Source: a candidate division WWE3 bacterium RIFCSPHIGHO2_01_FULL_40_23
Lineage (GTDB): Bacteria > Patescibacteriota > WWE3 > UBA101185 > 2-01-FULL-41-18
DNA length: 64,000 nucleotides
Reading direction: 5' to 3'
NCBI GenBank assembly: GCA_001772615.1
Contig: MEUZ01000003.1
Span: forward strand, 12,450 to 76,449
Shown: positions 39,620 through 48,024 of the stretch, piece after piece
How positions within the stretch are numbered: the first letter of the stretch is position 1
Layout of the letters: each line of letters begins with the position of its first letter
Program-made: the position numbers and the translations under genes
Notes under the pieces: model-generated
What the model was told of the DNA's origin: nothing
The model's database searches: none
What the model saw: only the letters and a program-made list of their open reading frames with translations

Positions 39620-40694
39620 CTGCTAAAACTTTGGCTGAATCCGAAACTATCTCAATCTTTCGATCACTTTTTAAAATAAACGAATTTAAATTTCTTAACA
39701 CAAATGAAATATCATCTATAAGTCTTTTTTTAGTAAGCTCTTCCTCGGGTATTATTTTGGAAAGGCCTAAATCTTCCACAATTTTTGCATTTAGAAACTG
39801 TTCGTTATGAGAAACCCACGGAATAGGTATAAATATAGATGGTTTTTCTAACGCTAACAGTTCATACACTGTATTAGCTCCGGCTCTTGAAACAACAAGT
39901 GAGGTTTTAGACAGCACCTCTCCAATATGTTTAGTGTCAATGTAATCATAAACTTTATACCTTTCCTTCAGACCTTCCGGTAGTTTCTCCCGTCTTTGTA
40001 ACAATTCATTATAGTCATCCGATTCACTGTAACTTCCGCATTGATGAATGACATTTGCAATAATCAGGAGATCTTCAAGAACACCTTTAACGCATTCGTT
40101 TATTACATGAGAACCCTGCTTTCCACCGGTAATATAAATTATCGGCAGGTTGTTATTAAAAGTGACTTCACTTGACCTGGGATTTAGTACTTCTTCCCTT
40201 ATCGGAAGTCCTGTATACAAAGTTTTGCTTTTCGGAAAGTACTTGGCCGAATCCCTCCAGGATATATAAATTCTTTTTACAAAGAAAGAAATAAATCTAT
40301 TTGCAAACCCGGCCACAACTGTCTGTTCGTGGGTAGCAGACGGAATTCTTAACAAAAAACCGGCAAGTACTACAGGAACCGATATATAACCCCCGAATGA
40401 CAAAATCCCATCTGGTTTAAGCTTTTGTAAAAGCCTAAATGCCTTAGCAAGCCCAAAAAAAGTTTTGGCTATCCTAAAAGGACTATAAATTTTATAAAAC
40501 TTGCCGGCATCAATATCAAAAAACGGAATGCCCATAGATGTAATTTCTTTATATTCAGAGCTTTTATTCTTGTCCTTCCACAAAGAATATGTATGCCCAA
40601 CCCACAGAATTTCAACATTTTCATATCTCTTTTTAAATTCATTTATCACAGGAATTGCGGTTGTGTGATGACCCCCGGTAATAAGAAGTTTCAT
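39588..40694 (-). CDS. murG: MurG-like UDP-GlcNAc:lipid I transferase
   Basis: Start ATG 40694 (MKLLITGGH); FGGYISVP, HEQ, GGKQGS, SRAGANT, EQFLNA. Confidence 0.92.
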   Translation of the reverse strand: MKLLITGGHHTTAIPVINEFKKRYENVEILWVGHTYSLWKDKNKSSEYKEITSMGIPFFDIDAGKFYKIYSPFRIAKTFFGLAKAFRLLQKLKPDGILSFGGYISVPVVLAGFLLRIPSATHEQTVVAGFANRFISFFVKRIYISWRDSAKYFPKSKTLYTGLPIREEVLNPRSSEVTFNNNLPIIYITGGKQGSHVINECVKGVLEDLLIIANVIHQCGSYSESDDYNELLQRREKLPEGLKERYKVYDYIDTKHIGEVLSKTSLVVSRAGANTVYELLALEKPSIFIPIPWVSHNEQFLNAKIVEDLGLSKIIPEEELTKKRLIDDISFVLRNLNSFILKSDRKIEIVSDSAKVLADDIYQEILVK

Positions 40695-41836
40695 ATATTC
40701 TGACAGCTCCGGCTTACATTTAACAGTACGCCAAGTCCACATAAACCAAAAACCATAGAGGAACCCCCATATGAGATTAACGGAAGGGGCACCCCTGTTA
40801 GGGGCAGCAGATTTACCATACCGGACAAATTCACGATACTCTGTACGGCAAACCAAGAAGTCACTCCTGTTGCTAACAGGGTTCCAAGCTTATCCGGAGC
40901 TTTTAAGGCGATACGATATCCCCTGATTATAATAAAAAGAAATAGTGAAACAAGAAAAACCAACCCAATGAAACCAAGCTCTTCACCTATAACCGCAAAA
41001 ATAGAATCAGTCGCTACTTCAGGAATATACTGGTATTTTTGCCTTGACTGTCCAAAACCAAGACCAAACAAACCCCCCGACCCAAGTGCAATTAATATTT
41101 GATTTATGTGATAAGAAGTTCCTTCAGTATCTTCTGAATTAAACCCTAAATATGTCAAAAACCTTTCCTTTCTGTAAGCGGATGAAAGTATGAAAACAGA
41201 AGCAAAAGCTAGAGCAATGGGAACGCCTACCAGAAAATATGAGAAATTTAAACCGGACACTAAAAGCATAATTAACCCAATAATCGATATAAGCATGGCT
41301 GTGCCAAAGTCGGGTTGAGCAAGCACTAGTCCTACAAGGAGGATACAAACGGGAATAAAAATCAGAAGTGCCTTAACCTCTCTCTTGGAAAAAATAACTG
41401 AAAGATAAAAAATAAAAGATAGTTTAATGAGCTCGCTTGGCTGAAAACCAATTCTACCAATGATTGGAATGGTAGGAAAAGGAGATGGGTTAAGATAAAT
41501 CCACCTTCTAGCCCCATAAATCAAAGGCGCGAATGGGGACGGTATTAAAACAAAGATTAAGGAAATTAAAGACACTACAAAAAGGGGTAGGGCTACTTTT
41601 GAAATTGAATGATAATCTATTCTATACCCTATAAAAAAACCTGCTAAGCCGAGGAGAACCCATACAGCCTGAAGATAAAGAAAATAATATTTCCCCCCAA
41701 ATATGTCATAAGCATAGACGACGGAGACATCATAAACCATCACGACACCAAAAATTAATAAGAATAAAATTGCATATAAGAGGAGGGTGTCCTTTCCTTG
41801 ATAGGCCTTTTTCCTTTCACCGGAAGGTTTTTTCAT
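40691..41836 (-). CDS. ftsW: SEDS protein FtsW
   Basis: Start ATG 41836; GARRW, FQPSELIK, QPDFGT, TDSIFAVIGEELG, GVPLPLISYGGSS. Confidence 0.95.
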   Translation of the reverse strand: MKKPSGERKKAYQGKDTLLLYAILFLLIFGVVMVYDVSVVYAYDIFGGKYYFLYLQAVWVLLGLAGFFIGYRIDYHSISKVALPLFVVSLISLIFVLIPSPFAPLIYGARRWIYLNPSPFPTIPIIGRIGFQPSELIKLSFIFYLSVIFSKREVKALLIFIPVCILLVGLVLAQPDFGTAMLISIIGLIMLLVSGLNFSYFLVGVPIALAFASVFILSSAYRKERFLTYLGFNSEDTEGTSYHINQILIALGSGGLFGLGFGQSRQKYQYIPEVATDSIFAVIGEELGFIGLVFLVSLFLFIIIRGYRIALKAPDKLGTLLATGVTSWFAVQSIVNLSGMVNLLPLTGVPLPLISYGGSSMVFGLCGLGVLLNVSRSCQNI

Positions 41837-42930
41837 AATAGGGCGATTATTAAACCAACAACCGACAGTATAGAGTTCACAAGCCAAAATCTCATAGTTA
41901 CTTTCGTTTCGTGCCACCCAAGCTTTTCAAAATGATGGTGGATCGGCGCCAAAAGAAATACTCTCTTTCCTCCTCTTAATTTAGCTGACCACTGCTGAAT
42001 AAAACTAGACCCTATCTCTGCAATAAAGATCCCGCCTATAAAAAGCAAAGCAAACTCACGTTTTAAGTAAGAAGCAGTTAAAACAAAGAGAATACCAAGT
42101 GGAAGGGTTCCTACATCAGACATCTCCACTCTTGCAGGATAAATATTAAAGTAAAGAAAGGCGAGTTCAGCCCCAACTACAGAAGCACAAAATAACGCCA
42201 ATTCATATCTTCCAAATATTAGAGAAAGGATCCCAAGTGCTAAAAAGGAAACACTGTGCAAACCTGCCGAAAGTCCATCCATACCATCCGTTACCCCAAA
42301 TGCATTCGCAAACCACAAACACAAAAAAATGATAAAAGGTATGTACAACACTCCTATATTCACGTCACCTATAAAAGGAAACCAGAATACGTGAAGGTTA
42401 GATTTAAAATAAAGCCATAAAACCCCGGCTAGAGCAGGAACAACCTGCATGAGAAATTTTTCGTGAGTTTTAAGTCCTCTTTGGGTACTTCCCATAATTC
42501 TAAAAACTTCTTTAAAAAGATCCCACGGTATAAGAGCAAGTTTATAAATTTTCCACAAAAGTACATTTTTTGAAACGACAGCATCCACTTTCTCCCGTAC
42601 CGCGAATGAAAACCCTTTTCTCCCAATAGTGTTTATAAACTCATCCACAGCACCAAAGATTGATCCCACAACTAAAATAAAAGAAAAGGGTATTAAAAGA
42701 TCCCAATTTCTAAAAAAGAGTACAGAAATTACAAAAACAGTAAATGTAATTAAAGCCCCTCCCATAATCGGTGTACCAAACTTCATGGCCCTTTCAGGAA
42801 GATTGTTATCAAGATCCGCTTTGCTGATTCTTCTTATATTAAACTTGTAAAGAAAACCTATAAATAAAGGAGCAAGTAAGAAACAAAGTATAAAAGATGT
42901 TAATAAAATTATTAGGAATTTTAATTCCAT
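41833..42930 (-). CDS. mraY: MraY-like translocase, divergent
   Basis: KFGTPIMGG, TDGMDGL, FLYFNIYPA, APIHHHFE..GW.ETKVT.RFW; several motif substitutions and an insertion. Confidence 0.88.
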   Translation of the reverse strand: MELKFLIILLTSFILCFLLAPLFIGFLYKFNIRRISKADLDNNLPERAMKFGTPIMGGALITFTVFVISVLFFRNWDLLIPFSFILVVGSIFGAVDEFINTIGRKGFSFAVREKVDAVVSKNVLLWKIYKLALIPWDLFKEVFRIMGSTQRGLKTHEKFLMQVVPALAGVLWLYFKSNLHVFWFPFIGDVNIGVLYIPFIIFLCLWFANAFGVTDGMDGLSAGLHSVSFLALGILSLIFGRYELALFCASVVGAELAFLYFNIYPARVEMSDVGTLPLGILFVLTASYLKREFALLFIGGIFIAEIGSSFIQQWSAKLRGGKRVFLLAPIHHHFEKLGWHETKVTMRFWLVNSILSVVGLIIALL

Positions 42931-42958
42931 AAAAGATCTTCATCCTCAAGTGACTAGC

Positions 42959-44284
42959 CTAAGGAACAATCGAAATCTTTGCACCAAGACTTAAAAGTTT
43001 TTCATCAAACTTTTCAAATGATGAAGCTATGTGTTCATATCCATAAATTTCACTTCTTCCCTCGGAAGCAAGAGCGGCTAAAATTAAGGCTGCGCCGTCT
43101 CTTAAATCGGATATAAAAAGTTTTTCCTTCCGAAGTTGTGTAGGGCCTTCAACCCTGGCAACTGTATAAGGCTCTCCTTTTACATTAACATCATAGCTGT
43201 CATCACTTATAACAGCTGCTAAGCCAACTTCCGAAGGTTTTAAAAGACTTATTTTGGCACCCATTCTATTTAGCTCCCTAACGTAGGAAAACCGGTCAGT
43301 ATAGATTGTGTCGTGAATAATACCTGCTCCCTTAGTTTGTGTTAGAAGCACCGCAAAAGGGGCCTGCCATTCGGTCATAAAACCCGGAGCCGGAGCCGTT
43401 TCCACATCAACGGCGTTAAGAGCTTGATCTTTTCTCCTCCAAATCCTTAGCTCCTTCCCTTTAAATTCAAAGCTTGCACCCATGGCCTCAAGCTTTCTGA
43501 TAAAAGAAAGAAGATCCGAAGAAACTACATCTTCAATCTTTATATCACCATAAGTCACAAGAGAAGCTATTGCAAATGTTACGGCTTCGCTCCTATCAGG
43601 CATGATTCTGTGTTTTGTACCTTTAAATGTCTGGGTGCCGTTTACAACAATCTTTCTTTCCTCTACCCTTTTAACGTCGGCTCCCATAGAATTCAAAAAT
43701 AAAATAAGGTCATCTATCTCCGGCTCCGACGCGGCATTATTTATATAAGTCTCCCCTGGGACAAAGACACTTGATAAAAGAGCGTTTTCAGTCCCCATAA
43801 CCGTTGAAGTTTTAAAAGACATACTAACATTCAAAAGTTTTTTTGATTCAAGAAAGTAATAGTTATTATCCTCTTTTACTTCAAAACCTAATGCCTCCCA
43901 CGAGCTTACCCATCTGTTAACAGGTCTCGCACCAAATGTGGATTTGAACTTCGGAATTAATGCTTTGCCAAATCTATAAAGCAAAGGACCTGCCAGCAAA
44001 GCAGAGGTCCTACTCTTACTGGAGAGATCATATGGGAGCTCATAAGAAGATATTGAGGAAGCATTTATTAAAACCTTATTCTGTGAAATCCAAGTGACTC
44101 CTACACCGATACCTTTTAATATTTCAATGTCTGACAGCACAATGCCTACATTCGGAATGTTCTCCAATGTAACGTCTTCATTTGAAAACAAAGAAGCAAC
44201 AAGAAGCTTTAAAGCCGTATTTCGGGATCCTGAAGTTTTGATATTCCCAACAAGGGGTTCTTTGCCATCAACAACTAGTTTCAT
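42959..44284 (-). CDS. murA: MurA-like enolpyruvyl transferase with substituted active-site residues
   Basis: Start ATG 44284; GARP, NAASEPEIDDL..FLNSMGA, MPDRSEA, APGFMTE, DLRDGAAL. Confidence 0.88.
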   Translation of the reverse strand: MKLVVDGKEPLVGNIKTSGSRNTALKLLVASLFSNEDVTLENIPNVGIVLSDIEILKGIGVGVTWISQNKVLINASSISSYELPYDLSSKSRTSALLAGPLLYRFGKALIPKFKSTFGARPVNRWVSSWEALGFEVKEDNNYYFLESKKLLNVSMSFKTSTVMGTENALLSSVFVPGETYINNAASEPEIDDLILFLNSMGADVKRVEERKIVVNGTQTFKGTKHRIMPDRSEAVTFAIASLVTYGDIKIEDVVSSDLLSFIRKLEAMGASFEFKGKELRIWRRKDQALNAVDVETAPAPGFMTEWQAPFAVLLTQTKGAGIIHDTIYTDRFSYVRELNRMGAKISLLKPSEVGLAAVISDDSYDVNVKGEPYTVARVEGPTQLRKEKLFISDLRDGAALILAALASEGRSEIYGYEHIASSFEKFDEKLLSLGAKISIVP

Positions 44285-44288
44285 ACAG

Positions 44289-44513
44289 TTATTTAAACAA
44301 TCCGACAAGTAAAAGGGAGTTGATTGAAAACAGCACGCCAAAAATAATCGTCAGGATAAAGACGAGCTTTTCAAATCCCCTTTTTGACCTATACATTCCC
44401 GTAAGATTAGTGGACAGTCCCCTCCCTCTTGCCTGAAGAAGAATAAGAATTGCCAGTAGCACCGAAAGAAATATCTGAAAAATTTTAAGAAGCGGTAAAA
44501 ACCTGCCTTCCAT
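44289..44513 (-). CDS. secG: Preprotein translocase subunit SecG
   Basis: Start ATG 44513; two TM, ILLQARGRGLS, KRGFEK. Confidence 0.88.
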   Translation of the reverse strand: MEGRFLPLLKIFQIFLSVLLAILILLQARGRGLSTNLTGMYRSKRGFEKLVFILTIIFGVLFSINSLLLVGLFK

Positions 44514-44926
44514 TAATCTTTCCCCCCTCCCAGCCAACCAAAAAACTGCTGAATAAGTGTGAACAGCGCTGAAGCAAGTACATAGCTCCAAAAAACAGAT
44601 AAGGTGCTTGAATTAACCACAAACACTAAAAGCTTCAAATGCCTTACGCTCCCAGGAGCAAGCTTAAAAGAAGGAAGAAACTTATCAAGCAGAAAGAGAG
44701 AAACAAGGTTAATAAGAAAACTTAATACTAAATAACCTATGCCTTCGGTTGGAAGAGACATAACTTTCAAAATAGGTTTTGTAAAAATTAAAATTAAACC
44801 AAGACCCAGTGAAACTAAAAATAAAGAGGCGTTTTCTTCACCTCCAAAATATAAACCCGAAAAATAATAAGAAACCACAAGGAGACTTATAAAAGAAAAA
44901 ATAATATTTCTTAAAATCAGCTTCAT
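44513..44926 (-). CDS. 4-TM membrane protein (YvlD/'phage holin family'-like)
   Basis: Hydrophobic; KPILKVMSLP...G...FLIN. Confidence 0.75.
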   Translation of the reverse strand: MKLILRNIIFSFISLLVVSYYFSGLYFGGEENASLFLVSLGLGLILIFTKPILKVMSLPTEGIGYLVLSFLINLVSLFLLDKFLPSFKLAPGSVRHLKLLVFVVNSSTLSVFWSYVLASALFTLIQQFFGWLGGGKD

Positions 44927-44940
44927 ATCAGATAATTATA

Positions 44941-46272
44941 TCAACCTTTGGATCTTAATTCCTTTAATCTTAATAAATGGTGGTAAACTCTTGCAAATCT
45001 ATGAGCCTCATCACGCAGTCTTTGAAGAAGTTTCAAACCCTCATTTGTTCTGTCAAGGTACAATTCTTTAAAAACACCGTTTTTCTTATAAACAAGAGCC
45101 TCGTTTCTTTTCGCAAGCCCGACTACCGGAATCTTAAGATTTTTCTCCTTTAACACGTTTAATGCTATGGTCACCTGTCCTTTTCCCCCATCAACAAGAA
45201 TAAGATTTGGCATCTCCCAGCTTTTCACATCTTCTCTAGGGTAAAATCTTCTATTTAGTACTTCCGACATCATAAAGTAATCATCAGGTTGGTCTTTCAA
45301 CTTAATTCTAAAACGCCTATATTCGCTTTTATTAATTCTGCCGCTCGTTGCAACAACCATGGACGCTGTAGCATTTTTACCTGATACGTTTGAGATATCA
45401 TAGCATTCAATTCTACTTGGTTTATCCCTGATGATGGGTAAGTTAATTCTAATTTCCGACAAGGCCTCGTTTCTTATATCTTCCGAAAGATTTGGATTAT
45501 CTATATATAAAGATGCGTCTCTAAACCTTTGGGTAACGTATTCATACTTTTTTAATGTATCTCTTAATTTAGCTGCCTCTTCATATTTTGATTCTTTTGC
45601 TGCTTTTATCATCTGTTTTGTGAGACTCCTTTGAAAAGATTTAGAATCTCCTGACAAAAACCTCTTAAGAATTAAGATCCCTTTTCTATAAGTTTTCGGA
45701 GTAATAAAACCAGTACACGGCGCACTACAGAGCCCTATATGTCCATACAAACATGGTGATTTCAGCTTTTTATATTTCAAATACTTTGATTTGGAGCAAT
45801 CTCTAAAAGGTATAACTTTTCTTATTGACCTTAATACGTCATTAACCACTCCTCCAAAAGGAAAAGGTCCAAAAAAGTTTTTTCTTATTCCTTTCAGTTT
45901 TCTCACTGTGGTTACAACGGGAAGGGTCTCTCCATCTATTCTTTCATTCCTTATCACAATATATTTATAAGATTTATCATCCTTAAGACTAATATTAAAC
46001 TTTGGTTTATATCTTTTAATCAGTTCTGCCTCCAAAAGCAGGGCTTCTAGCTCGCTTTGAACTTCTATGTGACTAATGTCATAAGCGTTTTCTACTAAAG
46101 CTTTGGTTTTTGATCCAAGAGGAACATCAGAAGCAAAATAGGATGAAACACGATCCCTTAAACTTTTAGCCTTCCCCACATATAAAACCTTCCCCTTTTT
46201 ATTTATATACAAATAAACTCCAGGCACCTTGGGAAGCATTTTCGCTTTATTTTCTAAGTTTGATATACTCAT
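44941..46272 (-). CDS. uvrC: Excinuclease ABC subunit C, short form without C-terminal HhH
   Basis: PGVY..YVGKAKSLRDRVSSYF, EALLLEAELIK, IECYDISN, VDGGKGQ, RLRDEAHRFA. Confidence 0.94.
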   Translation of the reverse strand: MSISNLENKAKMLPKVPGVYLYINKKGKVLYVGKAKSLRDRVSSYFASDVPLGSKTKALVENAYDISHIEVQSELEALLLEAELIKRYKPKFNISLKDDKSYKYIVIRNERIDGETLPVVTTVRKLKGIRKNFFGPFPFGGVVNDVLRSIRKVIPFRDCSKSKYLKYKKLKSPCLYGHIGLCSAPCTGFITPKTYRKGILILKRFLSGDSKSFQRSLTKQMIKAAKESKYEEAAKLRDTLKKYEYVTQRFRDASLYIDNPNLSEDIRNEALSEIRINLPIIRDKPSRIECYDISNVSGKNATASMVVATSGRINKSEYRRFRIKLKDQPDDYFMMSEVLNRRFYPREDVKSWEMPNLILVDGGKGQVTIALNVLKEKNLKIPVVGLAKRNEALVYKKNGVFKELYLDRTNEGLKLLQRLRDEAHRFARVYHHLLRLKELRSKG

Positions 46273-46308
46273 ATGGGTTATTGTATCATTAGATTCACTT
46301 TAAAACGG

Positions 46309-48024
46309 ATGAAAAAACTTCTTCTACTTCTTTATGTTCTAATCTCTTTACCCCTTTTTGAGAGGAAAGCCATGGCTTCTGATTTTCTAGTATCCTATAA
46401 TGTAACATATGAGGTTCTTGATAATTCCGAAACGGAGGTTTTCCAAGAAATAAAAGTTAAAAACCTTACAAACAGTATTTTTGTCAGCAGTTACAAACTT
46501 AATGTAAATCATATAAAAATAACTGATATAAAAGCCTCCAATAAAAGCGGAGAGCTTAAGCTTGACACCAGTTACAAAGACGGGCAGACAACGATTCAAG
46601 TTTTCTTTAATGATCAGGTAATAGGAGAGGGTAAAGAGATCAATTGGAATTTAAAATACAAAACAAAAGACGTATCAACAAAAAACGGCCAGGTTTTAGA
46701 AGTAACCATTCCAAAGATCTCAAACTTTACTAATGTGGAAGAGTATAACGCAAAGCTTCTGGTTCCTGATAAGTTTGGGGATCTTCTAACGATAAACCCA
46801 CCCCCCATTCTTGTGGAAGAAAAAGATTCTAAAAGGATTTATAAATTCAATTTAAATCAGATACAAGATTCGGCCGTAAACGCGACATTTGGAAAGTATC
46901 AGCTGTTTAATTTTAAACTCACTTATGACTTAAAAAACGAAGGTTTCTTCTCTCAAGAGAAAACCATAGCTTTACCACCCGACATAAAAGACAGACAAAC
47001 GATCTTAATTAAAGAAATCAGCAAGAAGCCTGATAAGCTTAAGATTGACAAGGATGGGAACCATATTGCAGTTTTTACCGTTCCCCCAAGATCCGAACTT
47101 CAGATAAACCTTATTGGCCAAGCTAAGATTAAAAACAAACGAATTGACGCAAAAAACGGAGGAAGGTTTGATGACCTACCCAAAAACCTCGTAAAAGACT
47201 ACACCACATCAAAAAAATATTGGGAAACGGGTGATCCAAAAATCACATCAATTTCTAAATCCCTCAATGAGAAATTAATTGTTTCCGAAGATGCAAAAAG
47301 AGTTTATGAATACGTGTTAAAAACACTAAGTTATGACAATTCCAAAAATAAAAACATCATAGTGGAAAGGCTTGGAGCTTCAAAATCCCTCCTTAAACCA
47401 AAAGAAGCCATATGCATGGAGTTTGTTGATCTCTTCATAACAATAGCAAGGTCCATGGGAATTCCTGCAAGAGAAGTCAACGGCTACGCTTACTCTAAAA
47501 GCCCTTCTTTAACTCCTCTATCCATCAATTTACGCGGAGGAGATGTACTCCACTCTTGGGCGCAATATTACGATCCCAAATTCGGGTGGGTTCAGATTGA
47601 TCCCACCTGGGGAGAAACTTCAGGCCTTGATTACTTTGAAAATCTTGACTCTAACCACTTTGCCTTTGTAATTAAAGGACTTTCTTCAGAGTATCCTCTC
47701 CCGGCAGGTGCTTACAAAAATACAGATCGTGAAAAACCACAGGTTGATGTAAGCTTCGCTATTACAGATGACACTAAAGAGGAATACTCCGTAAAGGCCG
47801 AGAAAGTTTTTGACATAAACTTTATAAATTTACTTCTTGGAAAGAAGAAAGTAATACTCACAAACACAGGCGGGCAAACTCTTTTTGATGTTAAGGAACC
47901 AAAACTTGGAAAGTTTCCGCCTATGTATAAAACCAAAGCTTACATAAGAGGGGACGAAATTACAGTACAATTTAAAAATTTTGACGGAGAAGATAGAGAA
48001 CTGAAAGTTAAACTTTCACGTTAG
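46309..48024 (+). CDS. Secreted transglutaminase-like domain protein
   Basis: Signal peptide from ATG 46309; AICMEF, GIPAREVNG, HSW, GWVQIDPTW (Cys-His-Asp). Confidence 0.88.
   Translation: MKKLLLLLYVLISLPLFERKAMASDFLVSYNVTYEVLDNSETEVFQEIKVKNLTNSIFVSSYKLNVNHIKITDIKASNKSGELKLDTSYKDGQTTIQVFFNDQVIGEGKEINWNLKYKTKDVSTKNGQVLEVTIPKISNFTNVEEYNAKLLVPDKFGDLLTINPPPILVEEKDSKRIYKFNLNQIQDSAVNATFGKYQLFNFKLTYDLKNEGFFSQEKTIALPPDIKDRQTILIKEISKKPDKLKIDKDGNHIAVFTVPPRSELQINLIGQAKIKNKRIDAKNGGRFDDLPKNLVKDYTTSKKYWETGDPKITSISKSLNEKLIVSEDAKRVYEYVLKTLSYDNSKNKNIIVERLGASKSLLKPKEAICMEFVDLFITIARSMGIPAREVNGYAYSKSPSLTPLSINLRGGDVLHSWAQYYDPKFGWVQIDPTWGETSGLDYFENLDSNHFAFVIKGLSSEYPLPAGAYKNTDREKPQVDVSFAITDDTKEEYSVKAEKVFDINFINLLLGKKKVILTNTGGQTLFDVKEPKLGKFPPMYKTKAYIRGDEITVQFKNFDGEDRELKVKLSR

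Noticed and set aside
40694-44591. Long N-terminal extensions of murG, ftsW, murA and secG in the ORF track
   Set aside because: They overlap upstream genes; downstream ATGs (40694, 41836, 44284, 44513) match family starts and coupled junctions.
44513-44926. 'Phage holin family' gene as evidence of a prophage
   Set aside because: It sits in housekeeping context (uvrC-secG), and no phage genes are nearby.
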